A stretch of 64,000 bases of DNA, taken from contig JBLDXI010000007.1 in the NCBI GenBank assembly GCA_047495785.1, positions 868,001 to 932,000 on the forward strand, given 5' to 3'. Positions within the stretch are counted from its first letter, which is position 1; every line of letters starts with the position of its first letter. The stretch comes from Lepidodermella squamata. Lineage: Eukaryota > Animalia > Gastrotricha. Below, piece after piece: positions 1 to 13,363 of this stretch. The notes under the pieces are model-generated. The model made no database searches, had not been told where the DNA came from, and saw only the letters and a program-made list of their open reading frames with translations. The position numbers were made by a program, and so were the translations under genes.

Positions 1-1407
1 AAAGTCCTTGGCTCAACAGAGACAGCCCATCAATAGCTCGAGCATTAGGATCGCCGCCATTTTTCAAATAAATTCTCACGACTTCGGTCGAATTGCGCCG
101 AAGCGCATAAGCGGCAGCATTTGGGGTGATAACTCCGCCATGATTGCATATGGACTCGAGAATTCTGTAGTTATTCCGCCAAACTGCATGAGCTACAGGG
201 CCGTGATTAAAGCTGAAATCGCCATGAGATTCAAGGTTGAAATCGTAAAATGGCTCCAAGCCATAAGCAACAACAATTTCAGGGTCTTGCTGAAGGATTT
301 CATTAACACCATTCTCGAATCCGCGAGAAATATTTTTACACAAATTAAATCTCTGCAAAATGAAAAACGTAAAAAAATATGAAAAATGGGTTCATTACAT
401 ACCATTGAGTTAATTCGAAACAGACTTGGGAGAACAAATCGCAGAGAGAGTCCTATTAAATCGTGGCTCCAGGCTATGAATCGAACGCCAGTTGGATAGT
501 CAGTAACGCCTCGGAACAAATTTAGAGCGTAACGCTGAGCTGTATCGCTTAATGGAAACTACGTTTCACGAAAAATTGAAATTTCCTCGAAATTTAGAAA
601 AAATGACAATTACCGTGATTTTTTGAAGTTCGCGCAAATCTTTATCAAGTAAATAAATTGACCGATCGCTACCCATGACCATCAAAACTTTGATTTGCAT
701 AGGAATTCGCAGGTCATCAATAGCCTTAAATATTCTGTTCTTGAAAAATATTTCTGAAATAAAAATGCAAACCTGATATAGACCAGATGGGATTTTGTAG
801 AGCCACCAGCAATTGAAGTGTTCTTTATTGCTGACAAATAGCTGGTTGATATCAGCATCATCTCGCGTTGTATGTGGAAATGTTTCAACGGTGACGCGCA
901 AAAATTCAGCCAAGCTCGGGTCACTAGACCCATCGGTGTCTTCGGCGGTGTCACGGTAATTCTGTGACGCGAAAACTACGGTTGCTTGCTTTTTCGAGGC
1001 TTTGTCCAAGAAATTGGGCCGAAAAACTGCCCCGAATTGCAACTTGGATCTCAACTGATGAAGAGCAGTTGCTGATGACAGAAATGTCCTAGCCCTAGCC
1101 GAATCAAATTCTCTAAAAACCAGGTCTTGAAAAAAGTAATCGCTGGCTAGATAGGCGCTCCATCTAAAATCGAAAATTCATTTCGAATAATTTTGAAAAT
1201 TTGTGCAGAAAATACTTACGCTTTACAGACCAACGAACAGTTGAGGTACAAATCAGAATTTCGGACCAGCAAAAATATGTGCTTTCTCAATTCCGGAGGT
1301 AGAGCGAATAAAATATCGAACGATTCCGAATGATCAAAATTTGACGACTTTGAAGGCGGAGAATCAGGGTGACAAGCATTCGAGATGCTACGCTTTCTAT
1401 TTTCCAT
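1..1407 (-). CDS. F-box/FBA-like/ankyrin family gene copy #1 (5 exons; 3' end runs off the window)
   Basis: Exon1 MENRKR..FDILFALPPELRKHIFLLVRNSDLYLNCSLVCKA; 56-bp GT-AG intron at 1164-1219; exon4 has TDYPTGVRF..RFVLPSL; exon5 from ~352 reads RFNLCK..QDPEIV..GGDPNAR (ankyrin start). Confidence 0.85.
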
Positions 1408-1575
1408 CAATTTCAGTTCAGTGGTAAAAATCAGTTCGTCATTTAAAATCAATCTAGGCATAGGTAGAGAGTGAGCGCTTTATTCAAATTATAACATCGA
1501 AATGAGCATATTATGATAAAAATTCTTCGATTGCACAAGAAAGCTCAACAATTGATTTGAAAAAGTAAAAAATGA

Positions 1576-4500
1576 TTACTGGTTAGTATGAGATTGCAAA
1601 AGCTTCCGAATTTCATCCTCAGGATCCCACTTAATCGCGTAGTCCAACGCGGTGCAACCATCCGAATCCTTGACATTCACATCAGCTTTGCGTTTCAACA
1701 AAACCTTGATCGCTTCTGCATTACGTCGCCTCGTGGCGATGATCAGCGCAGTTGATGTAGCTCCTTTGCCAAGACTACACACCGTATTCGGATCGAGACC
1801 AGCTTCAAAAATGGCAGCGTATCGGGAAACAGGAGCAAAATTAAGCATGTTTTTTCCTTTCTTGTTGACGCGGCTCAAATCAGCCCCGTGGGACATTAGC
1901 GCCCGTAACGGGTCAATTATCGAATAATCCGCAGCTTTCATAGCCAAAGTATCGCCATTTACATCAGTCTCATTAACGTCAGCCCCAGCAGATATCAGAG
2001 CTGATATAGCGCCTATCCGAAACCCACAACCTCTTGGCCTCACTTGTTCGAACAAGGCGTATTTCAAGTAAGAAGTGCCTGGCTCGAACTCGCCCTTCAC
2101 ATCACCACCCAGAGATGCATACACCTTGACAACTTCACCCAAGCCGTGTTTAAGCGCGTAAGCTAGGTACGTCCGATCGAATGGAGCCCCGTGTTTCATT
2201 AATTTTTCGATAATCCTTCGGTTATTGACACGGACTGCGTGAAACATTGGCCCATCACCGTAGCAATGATTCGGCCCGTCCGAAGCAAATTCAAGCCTCG
2301 TTTCGGCCTCTGATCCACGCAGCAAATCAGGGTCTTGTTTAAAAACATTATTGATAGCATTGTTCGCTTTCAGGCAAATGGCTTGGTTAAGCTCCAATCG
2401 CTATATATAAGAATAAATTTAAATAGCTCCAGAATTCAGGCATCGCAACTTACTCTCTCATTAATCCTACAAAGACTGGGAAATACCAGTCGAATGTACA
2501 CTTCCCCGATATAGCTATTCCAGGCAAAATACCGAACGCCAGGCGGGTAGTCCCAGAGGCTTATTAGGTCACCGCTTGTCTTGCTGGAAAAACTCGCGGT
2601 TCGCGCGAACTTGATATAGAAAAATTAATTATACAAAACATAATAAGGGGGTTATAATTTCTGAAATCGATCAGTGAATCGTCATCGACCCCACCAAAAT
2701 TGTTGACCCCTGTTTTTATGGCAGATTCAGATGAATTAGGCTACCCCTTCCAAACCGTTTTGTTTGAACGCTGAAATTTCGATCTCACCTGGGCAAAAAG
2801 TAACTTGACGCAAATTGTTGAGCTCTTAATGGAGCATTTCGTTTTTCAAAAATTCCGAGCTTCCAGTTGATCTATTCTCTTCCCTAAACAAATTGACATG
2901 TTGCCCATGATATGGCGAATCTTTTGACACCAAGCTCGTCTACATCGGGCACAGGTGAGATTTTTCGGCCTAAAAAGGGACATTCACTCACCTGGCTCGC
3001 ACACCTGGGTCAAGGTTTCAAAAATCGGTTTCAATTTTCAGTTTCGTAACCTTCGAACTCTTAGCGGGCCAATAAATGTTTTCGAAACAGCTACTAAATC
3101 AAATATGGAGAACAGCACCAGGATATTCCCCGCTCAGCAGCTGCTAACAAAAATTCTGCAAACATGAATGACGGTTCGTTATTAGAAATTTTTTTCGTAC
3201 GGAAATTTATGTTAGCTTTTAGCCACTTCGACTTCTTTGCCGCCGCCAACGCTTCGTGTTGAACGTAATTCAGTTGTCCGCAGTAACGCAGGTTCGATCG
3301 AACTACCGGGAAATCGAGATATCCCATGTCGTGAATCTCCATCGGTCAGTAACGTCGAAAACTCGCCTGCAGAAAAGCAATGCCGCCAGCTCAATAACTT
3401 TCAGCAGTGGCCATTGATGGTGGTTGGCTTGTTTTTGAACAATCTCGTATATATTCAAGTCTAGGATTTTTTAGATTCTTCAACGCCCCCGGTCATTGCT
3501 TCTGAAAGTAATGAGCATGCCGATAGCGTTGAACGCAGGGCAGTTGGTGCTGATCGTGATCGACTTCCAAGTTCCATGAAAATCTACCTCCATCTACTCC
3601 GGCGTCAATCGCGGTTTCTGATCGCGAAACTGGTCCCGATGGCAATGTGGTTTCTGGTCGTGATGCTGCACCCGATCGAAGCGTGGTTGTTTCCAGTCGC
3701 GAAACTGCTCCCGATCGAAGTGTGGTTCCTGGTCGTGAAATTGGACCCGATCGAAGCGTGGTTGTTTCGAGTCATGAAACTGGTGCCGTTGGAAGTGTGG
3801 TTTCTCATCGCGAAACTGATCTCGATCGTAGCTTGGTTTCTAGTCGTGGAATCGGACACTATCGAAGTGTGGCTACTAGTCGCGAGGCTCATCCGGAGCG
3901 AAGCGTGGATTCTCGTCAGAGCCCAGTTGTGCACGGCCGCGTGAAGGCAGAAATCGTGGTTGATGATGATGAAGATTGTTTCATAGTCGAATCGAACGTT
4001 AAAGCTGAGCCCTTCTCTACTAGTGTTGGGCGCATTGTAACGGCTTTGAGATCCAGTGGGAGTAAAAACGTTACCATAAATCTGAATTTTCATAATTGTA
4101 CATTCCATTAGAATCGATTTATATGCCAAATGTATAACTACTTGAAGTTTTGTTTTTATTTTTGATGTTTCATGTGCAATGAAAAAAATGTGATATTTGG
4201 GTTGTGATATATTTATTATTCGCTACATATTCTGAGGCTATTTATCGTTTGCACTGTTGATTGCTTGATAAAATGAACAAAAAAATGAAAAAAATGGAAA
4301 AACCAAAAATCGCAAACATCAACTTAAAACTTTAATGTAAATACAAAATGTACAAGTTCAATTTTGTTTTGTCGTTTAGAATGATTATACGATATTTCCA
4401 CTTCTCGTGACGACGAACGAAAGCGTGTTGATCCCAACAACCGCGTCACTTTTAGCTACTTCTACCAATTGTGACGGTGGTTCTCTGTAAGATTTTTTTG

Positions 4501-5756
4501 AACCATAAAAAACAGTGAAATTTCATAATTGATCGCAATAGCTATGAGAAAACGGTGTTATTTCATAGTTAAATTTTGTTCTATTCTTTGTTTTGTCAAC
4601 TATGAAATACCACAGATAATTCATAGTTTCATGTTCATGGCTGGTTAGAAATGTTATCAACCATGAAATATCACTGATAATACGCGTTTGATGAGTAAAA
4701 ACTAGCGTCATATCAACCATGAATTACCGCATTTTTGCTTCATTCTGGAAATTTTCTTAAATATTAATAAATTTTCTCAAGTATGAAAGAACACATGGCG
4801 TTTACCGTTTGAAAATTGACTTAGGTGCGCGAGCCAGGAGCCAGGTGAGTGAATGTCCCGCTTCAAGGCCGAAAAATCTCAACAATTTTGGTGAGATCGA
4901 TGACGGTCGATTTCTATCGCCCAAGGATCATTTCTTAACTCAAACCTGCAATGTTTGTATGATCATAAGATCCGAATTTAGCAGATGAAGCGTTCTATCC
5001 TCGTGCATCGGCCAAGTTGCAAACACTTGTATCGGAATGCGCAGTTTTTCAATAGCCTGGCATAACAAAATATTGAGGGCAAAATAAGCGGTTAAATCAA
5101 CATACTGTTTTACATAAAGCCGGAATTTTAACAAGCCTGCATTCGTGTCCCGGATGATCTGTGCTCGATATACAGCAATCTGGGTCGGCATCGTGGATTT
5201 CATCGACGTAGTTTTGAAAATCAGTTTTTACTGCACTCAAAAATTCAGGCAAATCAAGCTGCGCCAAACGAAATCGTCCGCAATAACCAGGTCGTATTTC
5301 ATGGCCATATTCATCGGGAACAAAAATACTGATAACGTTTTTCCCCGTGGGAAATCTTTCGGGGAAAATTGTTCGAAATACGAGCCGCGTTTTCATGACG
5401 GATCTGAGCTGCTCTACAGCTCCACTTATCCTCAGGAAAGATGAGCTCCTATCAGCTGGGAATTCGCGAAGAATCAAGCCTTCCCATAACGAATCGCTCT
5501 CGAAAAACGCATTCCACCTTATAAAAAAAGTAAAATATAACACTACATGGGAAGTTGTTATTTTAACCGACATTTTGCAAACCAGTGAGCAACGGAGAAA
5601 CAAGTCGCGATTTCTCAAATAAAGAAATATTTGCCTCCGGATTTCTGGCGGCAAAGCAAAAAGTAAATCGAACGGCTCAGGGCCTTCGGAATTCGGAAAT
5701 TTCGCGCTGGGTGCGCCGGCAGCGGGGTCAAAATTCTTCCTCTTTCGAGGAGGCAT
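1576..5756 (-). CDS. F-box/FBA-like/ankyrin gene copy #2 (intron 3 expanded to ~2.3 kb by a transposon)
   Basis: Exon1 MPPRKRK..LPPEIRRQIFLYLRNRDLFLRCSLVCK; exon3 ~4945-5057; exon4 ~2454-2609 (WDYPPGVRY..RLVFPSL); ankyrin exon 1576-2400 with GADVNETD..GDTLAM and KADVNVKDSDGCTALDYA. Confidence 0.88.
2707..2955. mobile_element. 249-bp nested MITE-like insertion with TGA target-site duplication
   Basis: TGA at 2704-2706 and 2956-2958 flanks cccctgt...acagg; removing the insert restores the sequence seen in the intact right TIR (ttgttgagatttttcgg). Confidence 0.7.
3605..3915 (+). repeat. Degenerate 33-36 bp minisatellite (~9 units) encoding SRETxPDRSVV repeats
   Basis: Repeated gtcgcgaaactg..cccgatcgaag(c/t)gtggtt units; ORF 3647-4111 shows the repeated peptide. 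Confidence 0.8.
4503..4748. repeat. Cluster of direct and inverted TCAAC(C/T)ATGAA motifs, possibly a nested MITE or subterminal repeats
   Basis: tcaactatgaa and tcaaccatgaa (x2), with inverted ttcatagtt and ttcataattga copies. Confidence 0.45.
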
Positions 5757-6022
5757 TAAAATCTTTAAAAATCCTGGAATTAAAATGTTTTAATTTTCAA
5801 TATGTAATGCGATTGAGTTTTAATAAACGTTTTCGGCCATAGAAGTTACAGGTCCGATCTCAGATTCAGACAAAACCATGAACAAAAATGTAATTTTTCA
5901 AACAAAAAACAAACAAAAATCAAAATAATCAAAATCCAATCAGAATATGCTGGTGAATCTGGCACTGGAAAATTTAAAAAAATTAAGCAGTTCAACACAT
6001 TGGTAGTTGGTAGCCGGGTCAC

Positions 6023-7914
6023 TCAGTCGGAGTTCTTTAGCAATTTGAGAATAGCCCCCGTCGCGTCGTTTTTCACATGATCAAACGCATTCAGCCCATT
6101 CGAATCTTTGATAGTAGGATCCGCTTTGAATTTCATGAAAAGCTTGATCATATCAGTTTGGCGCTTTTTCACGGCAGCGATCAGTCCAGTAGCAGTCGAG
6201 CCGTCCGTATCAACAAAACAGCTGTTCGGATCGATCCCAGCGTCGAGCAGGCGCTTCACATGGCTCGAATTAGCGTGCGTAAGAACGCTCTCCCCCTTCT
6301 TGTTGGTCAATTTGAAATCAGGGCCATGAGGCAATAAAGCTTTGAATGAATCGTAGTCGCGTTTAACAGCCTCCATCAACAACGTATTACCCTCTTCGTC
6401 TGTTTCATTGATATTCGCCCCGGCTGCGACGAGAGCATTAATGACAGACTTTCCGCAAGGCAAACCGAGCGGCCTGCCAAACAGAGCGTGTCTCAACAAG
6501 GAAATGCCACTCGGTGTTTTCCTGTTCGCATCACCACCGCGAGAATTGTAGAATGTGATAACATCACCCAAGCCATTTTCCAACGCGTATAGGACGTGGC
6601 TGATATCGAAAGGAGCTCCGTGCTCAACTAATGTCTCTAGTATTGCCTTGTTATCTCTACGTAAAGCATGAATCATAGGACCATATGGGCACGTGTAGCT
6701 GTCAGGAGTGTGACAGTCAAATAACTCGAGATTTTCCGTTGATTCCGCATCAGTGCCCAACAGAAGTTCTGGATCTGATTTGAAAATGTTTTCAATACCT
6801 TCACGAGATTTTTCGCAGATACGTTTGCACAACTTAACTCTCTTTGGTAGAAAACAATTTTAATAATAGCGCTAAGAGAAACTAAGATGATACAAACCAA
6901 TTGATTGATTTTAGCCAAAGAGGGCAGGACGAATCGTATTGAAATTGGTCCAAGCAAAGTACAATTGGAGGACATGAAGCGAATCCCGCGCGGATAGTCA
7001 GTGATTGTTTTCACTGGGATCTGAAGCCGTGGCATTGAATTGAACGAATTCAACAGAAACTAGCGCATCTTACCTTGATCGTATGAATCACCTGCAAAGT
7101 TGCGTCAAGAAGAAGGATAGTGCGATCTTCATCGCAGGCCCAGATAGAATCAAACATGCTGCAACAAGTTATTTCGAAGGGCATTCGGAGATAGTCAAAT
7201 GCCTGTGTATCGGGGAAAAGCCTTGAAAAGCTATCATCGCTTAAATTGAACACTCACTTCATAGCATCCAACAGGTAGCTTTAAAAGCCAGAACTTTTCA
7301 AAATGACCTCGGTAAATTACAACGGGCGAAAAATCTGCGTCAGAAACCGTAATTTCAGGGACAGCGGCGTGAACTGCTTCGAAAAACTGTTTCATTTCAA
7401 TTTCTTCAAAAGTTTCTCGCTGGGCGGAATGGGATCGAATGACTTTCCCTGTTTCAGCTAAGATGTTGCTAGGCTCCGTGATTGAGAGTCGAATCAGGTC
7501 TTCATCACGACGATTGACGCCAACATTACGGCGGAAAATGGCATAAGACTTCAGAGATTCTTTCAAGCTAGAAATCGCGTTTACTGACGAGCAAAAAAAC
7601 GCGCGAGCCCGGTCCGTAGGAAATTCGCGAAGAATCAATCCTTCCCAGAAAAAGTCACTGTCCAGAAAATTCTTCCATCTGTAAAACGGAAATTTTTTGG
7701 ATAATTCAAATGAATTTGCTCGATTGACCTACTCTTTGCAAACCAGAGAACAACGGAGAAAAATGTCACGATTTCTAAGGTGGAGAAATATCGTTTTTCT
7801 CAGATTCAGTGGAAGTTTGAACAACAAATCAAATGGATTAGGTTCTATCAAAGGCAGCTTCGAGAGAGGTCCATTTGAATCAGAATACGCATTCACTCGT
7901 TTTCGTGACGCCAT
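6023..7914 (-). CDS. F-box/FBA-like/ankyrin gene copy #3
   Basis: MASRKR..LPLNLRKTIFLHLRNRDIFLRCSLVCK; four short GT-AG introns; TDYPRGIRF..RFVLPSLAKIN; ankyrin exon 6023-6842. Confidence 0.9.
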
Positions 7915-7975
7915 GTTACAAAATTGAAGTATAATATATGGCTCACTCTATAAAAAACGCGATTTTTCAAGACAT

Positions 7976-10439
7976 TTAACTTTTTAAAAGTTTCCTGTAA
8001 TTCCTGAAATGTTCAAACAGCATATGAATGAATTTTTCTGAAGTCAATCGCAAGGCAGTTTCGCCTTCGTTATTTTTCACGTCCAAGTCGGCCCCCCTAG
8101 TCAGCAGAAAAACTAGAGGATTCATAGCAGAATTCATCACTGCTCGCATCAACAACGTGTTGCCGCGAGCATCGACTTCATTCAAATTCGCGCCAGCGCT
8201 CACCAGCAGATCCAAACACCTGTCACTGATGTAAGGATAAAAACCATGATTGAGCAAAGAACGTTCAGAGTAAGAGGAACGAGCATTCGGATCGCCACCA
8301 TTAGCCAGGTAAAGCTTCAAGATTTCATCACGGTCATGCTGCATAGCGACAGCAGCGCAGTTAGCAGTGATGACACCGCCGTATCGGCAAATTATTTCGA
8401 GAAATGAGGCTCTGTTCCAGAGTACTGCGCAAGATACGAGGCCATTACTGTAATCGACATACTCAGGGCGAGAATCTTTATCTGGATCGGCCACATCATC
8501 ATCGCCATGAGCTTTTATCAACAGCGGGTCTTGACTTAGATTCGATTCGAATTCTACCGGCGATCCTAGAACAATCATCTTCGCCAAATTTGCACGCTGT
8601 TGTAAAATTATAACATTTATTTAATTGCAATAGCCCTGACGTGAGGGCAACTGTGGACAGGAATTGAAGTGATAACGAATTTTTGAAAAATAATGTAAGG
8701 AGTGTCATTACGGATGCCGTTGGGACCGTTGAACGAATTTTAATAAAGATTTACTGTTTTAAATAGAGCAATGCGCCCTAAATTCGGACACTTTTTGGGT
8801 TTTTTCTACATTGCCACCCAGGTGAATTTTTGGAAAATAATTGGTAAAAGCAGGAATACAGAGAAGTTCTCGGGCTATCGAATGCCGGTTTCCACAAGTC
8901 CGGACGTTTTACCTTGATTTATGGCTAATTTAGTTGTAACCTGGACTCCTGGCCGGACTCCGAGTGCCCTAATTTCAGCCACCTTATCCAGTTAAGCTAA
9001 TACCTAAAGTTTGTTACCTATGAAACAGATTGAAACAGAGAATGCAAATTTCTTGAATTTCGTGCACAAGAACTGCTGCACACCACTTTGTGTCCATATT
9101 TTATTCGAAAATTAGGTCGCAGCGGCCGAATTTAGGAACTGGCCGAAATTAGGGATTTCTGCTCCAACTAAAATCGGACGATTGGGTTTAGCAGTGCATC
9201 CATGAATAAAATTGGCAAAATTAGGAATTAACAGGAATTTAAATAATTTTCACAAATTAAAAAAAAACAGTGGATGTCCTAAATTTTGTTTTTAAAATCT
9301 GCCCTAAATTGTCTTCAATCGCGTATAATGAGGAAAAACACAGAAAAATTCGCAAAATTGACTTTGAAACTTTGAAAAAACATGGTTCAATTCAATGTTG
9401 GCCCGCGTTACAGAAATTCAATCAAATAAATCAATACCATTTCGTTGATTCGGAGCAAGCTTGGAAAAACGAGACGTAACGACATGCCGCATAAACTGCT
9501 GCTCCACATAATGTATGTCGCACCGCGTGGAATACGCGCCTTGCCTTCAAAATGCACGAACTGTACCCGCTCATGAGTTACCTGATTGCCGAAATATCAA
9601 AATCTGAGATGGGAGAAATTTTTAAAACAAACTTCATTCCTTTCAACAACTCGCAGCTCTCTATCCAAAAAATAGTACGCGCGATCTTGCCCAAGTGCAA
9701 GGCAGACTTTGACTTGTAGTGGTAGACAAAGTTTGTCAGTAATCTGAAATGGAGTGAAGTTGAATCAATTCAAGGTGATTCAATCAACTTTTAATAAATT
9801 ATCCGGAAATCTGATCAACCACCAGCGGGTTTTGCATCTCTTCCAGGTGACAAAATACTGTTCCACGTTCGCATTCACTTCGACATTTTTCGGAAAGTTG
9901 TTGCCAAGAAATTCAATGAAGTCCGCAAATGTCGGATTTTCTATCGCCATTTTGCAGCGGAACACCATATCATTATCGCCCACATGAATGTCTGTTCCAA
10001 GTACACGGGAAGCAGTTTCTCGATCAATATTGAATTTTCCAATCGCTCTTTCCAAATAGCTTTCTCGAAACAAATTGCGAGACTTCATCAGCGACTTCAG
10101 TTGAGCAACTGAATTTTTATCTTCCAGGAAATTTCTCGCATGTTTAGGGCCAAATTCTTGCGCGATGAGATTTTCCCAAAAGTAGTCACTGTCGAGAAAT
10201 GCGCACCACCTTAGGCAATAAAAACTAATTCCAATAGCTCAGCGGTAAATTAATCTAACATACTTCGAGCAGACTAGGGAACAGCGTAAGAACAGATCCG
10301 AATTCCTTAAAGATAAGAAAATCGTTGTTCGCAGTTCGATTGGAACAGCTGTGATCAAGTCGAAAGGTTCCGAGCTGCCAATTTTTACATGATTTGATCT
10401 GGGGCTAACCAGAAGATTAGTGCGACGATGCATTGGCAT
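7976..10439 (-). CDS. F-box/FBA-like/ankyrin gene copy #4 (short ankyrin array)
   Basis: F-box VPIELRTTIFLSLRNSDLFLRCSLVCSK; exons 3-4 ITDKLCLPLQV..RIPRGATYI..RLVFPSL; ankyrin exon 7976-8597; intron 4 ~840 bp containing a MITE. Confidence 0.88.
8766..9164. mobile_element. MITE with imperfect TIRs in intron 4 of copy #4
   Basis: gagcaatgcgccctaaattcgg at left; reverse complement of the right end is gagcagaaatccctaatttcgg; the CCTAA(A/T)TTC motif recurs internally. Confidence 0.6.
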
Positions 10440-11011
10440 TTAAAATTCATCAATCTATTTATTAAGAGGTGATCGTCATAAAAAGGGAGTACGGAGTGAA
10501 CTGGATAATACATTGCCCCTTCAAAATTAAGGAAAATTTAAAAAATCACAATTTCAGAAACAAAATAGTTTGAGATAAATCTGAACATTTTCTTTTTATT
10601 TTCGACCTCCGGATCCAGCAATCGCTTGGTCCAAAGTGTTGAAACCCTTGAAATTTGCGATATTCACATTAACTTTGAATTTAAAAAACACATAAACAGC
10701 TTGCGAATTACGGCGCTTGAACTGTCATTTTCAAAGCAACATGTGCTGCGGTCTAGAGCTCAGCTTCGAATAGGGTACCATATACGGAGAGGAGTGGCAA
10801 TTTAATAATATTTTAAAAATCTAAAAATGTTTAATAAGCTGGAATGTTTAATATGAATTAATGGGCACATAATATAAATAATTTGGACATGATTCAAGTA
10901 TTATAAAGGTGAACCTCATAGGCGAACAAAGTAAAATATCTTAACAAATTCGAATTACAATAGGTATGCATCATTCGACCCCCATGTCATCAATAAATCG
11001 ATGCCAGAACT

Positions 11012-12846
11012 TCAACTTCTCACAAATAGCCTGCATTGTTTGAAATGGTTGAAAAGCTCGATCACATAACTTCTGCGATTCAACTGCAGTGCCGTTCGGC
11101 CTTCATTGTTTTTCACGTCCAAATCAGCGCCTCTAGTCAGAAGAAACACCAAAGGATCCATGGCGGATTCCGTCTCAACAACTCGCATCAGCAGTGAATT
11201 GCCGCTCGAATCCACGTCGTTCAAATTTGCGCCCGAACCTAGCAGCAGATCCAGGCATCTGTAGCTGAATCCATTACAGGTGGTTTGAAAAAGGCCATGG
11301 CTAATCAAGGAACGCTTAGAATAAGACGAACGAGCGTTCGGATCGCCGCCATTTGCAAGGTAGAGCGACAAAATTTCGATGTAATCGTTGCGCAGGGCAA
11401 GAGCGGCGCAATTAGGCGTGATGACACCGCCGTATCGGCAAATAATTTCCAAAAACGAAGCGCCCCTCCAACAAATGGATGACGACACGAGACCGTCGTT
11501 GAAATCTCGATACTCGCTGTAAACTCGTTCGTCCAGATCGTTAACTTCATCAGGGCCGTAGGCAATTATCAAGAGCGGGTCTTGGCGTAAAATCGATTCA
11601 AACTCATCTGGCGACCCACTGCCGATCATTCTCATCAATTTCACACGCTGTAGTAAAAAATATCCATATTGCTCCAGTTAAATTAAATAAACTTAATATT
11701 TAATTAATTTAAATAATTTAAAATTTAAATTAATTTAAATATTAAATAAATAATTTAATTAATTTAATTATTAATATTAATCATTAATTAATTTATATGA
11801 ATATGAATATTAATTTATATGAAAAATACCATCTCATTGATTCGGAACAGGCTTGGAAAAACGAAGCGAAATGAAATTCCGGATAAATCGCTACTCCACA
11901 CAATGTATTTCACGGCACGTGGAACGTGAGACACGACCTCGAAATGCCAAAAGTTGCTCTGCCTATGAGCCACCTGATCATCGTAAAAAATCATTAAAGC
12001 GAGCTAGAATTTCATGAACAAACTTCGTTTCTTTCTAAAACTTGGAGGCTTCTGTCCAAGAAATAGAAAGCGCAATCTTGCCCTCTTGCAAAGCTGACTT
12101 TGACCTGCAACGGTAGGCAGAGCTTGTCGGTGATCTAATGGCGAGAATACAAAAAAGTATCAACCAAGAAAAAATTATAAAAAAACTTCTATCAAATTTT
12201 CCGGCAGTTTGATCAGCCACCAACGGGTACGACAATTTTTCCACGTGACGTAATACTGTTCCACATTTGCTTCATCTCCAACTACAGGATATTTGCTGGC
12301 AACGAATTCAAGGAATTCCGTAAGCGTCGGAATTTCTTCAGCAATTTTGCACAGGAAAACCTTTTCGTAGTTACCAACATGCAGCTCTTCCTCGCAAATG
12401 TCGTACGGTGGCTGGTCAATTTTGAACTTTCCAATGGCTCGATCCAAATAGTTGGCGCGAAAGTAGTTGCGCGACTTCATCAGCGATTTCAATCGATCGA
12501 TCGCATCTGCACTCACGAGAAATTTATTGGCATTATTGCGACCGAACTCTTGAATTAGCAGATGCTCCCAATAATAGTTGCTGTCCAGGAATGTGCGCCA
12601 CCTTAAAGCATGAAGCGACTCAATTAGGACGATATAACATGGGGCTAATCAAACATACTTTGAGCACACTAGGGAACAGCGCAAGAACATATCCGAGTTC
12701 CGCAAATTTAGGAAAATTTTTGTTCTCAGTTCGATTGGAAGATCTGTGATCCCGTCAAAAGGTTCCGGATGGCCTGGTTTGACAAGCTTTGCTGACGACT
12801 CGCAGGTAACATTGACAGCGTCTTCGGTAGAGCCTCGTTTTGACAT
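11012..12846 (-). CDS. F-box/FBA-like/ankyrin gene copy #5 (close paralog of #4)
   Basis: LPIELRTKIFLNLRNSDMFLRCSLVCSK; shares ANVEQYxVTWKxCxTRWWLI and ANGGDPNARSSYS with #4; ankyrin exon 11012-11648. Confidence 0.9.
11675..11830. repeat. Nearly pure A/T low-complexity tract in intron 4 of copy #5
   Basis: taattaatttaaataatttaaaatttaaatt..., with almost no G/C over ~150 bp. Confidence 0.8.
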
Positions 12847-12974
12847 TAATAATTCTTCTAGATAGAAAATGCTGGGTCCATCAATTTACATAAAAAGCCG
12901 GTTATTAATCATGATATTAAGGGACAATAATTGCAATAAAAATAAGACGATGGGCACAATTATTTCGAAATAAA

Positions 12975-13363
12975 GGTTCTACGATATTTGAGCAACCGAG
13001 AAAAAGAAAAGGACTTTACAGCAACGATATAAGAGCAAAAGAAAAATAGAGAAAATAGACGCGTTTTCATGCTATGAAAAATTGGAGAAACGCCGTATGA
13101 AAAAGGTCTGTTGCGTCACACAATTGGGTCGACTACGCACTAATAAATATAACTGAACAATCGACTTTAAAAAATATTACCCAGCTTGGATAAAAGGCCT
13201 TTTTCATACGGCGTGTCTCAATTGTCTCTTCTGTCGTGAATTCGTGCTGCTCCTTTTTTCGTTGCGGAATTATCACTTTGAGATTAACTGTTAAATTTGC
13301 TCTTATGTCTTTGCTATCAAGTCCTTACTCTATTCACATGGATTGTGCAAATAGCGTAGAACC
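12975..13363. mobile_element. Foldback-type MITE with long imperfect inverted arms (intergenic)
   Basis: ggttctacgatatttg..aaggactt..ataagagcaaa pairs with the reverse complement of 13296-13363; internal gagaaacgccgtatgaaaaagg pairs with cctttttcatacggcgtgtctc. Confidence 0.75.

Larger units (their letters stand above)
2663..4914. mobile_element. Non-autonomous TIR DNA element with ~110-130 bp imperfect TIRs in intron 3 of copy #2
   Basis: Left cgtcatcgaccccaccaaaattgttga..gatttttcggcc..gggacattcactcacctggctc matches the reverse complement of 4810-4914. The left TIR is split by a 249-bp nested insert. Outer ends are approximate. Confidence 0.75.

Noticed and set aside
3605-3915. CRISPR-like 33-36 bp repeats
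   Set aside because: The units are contiguous and degenerate with no unique spacers; this is a minisatellite, and no cas genes are present.
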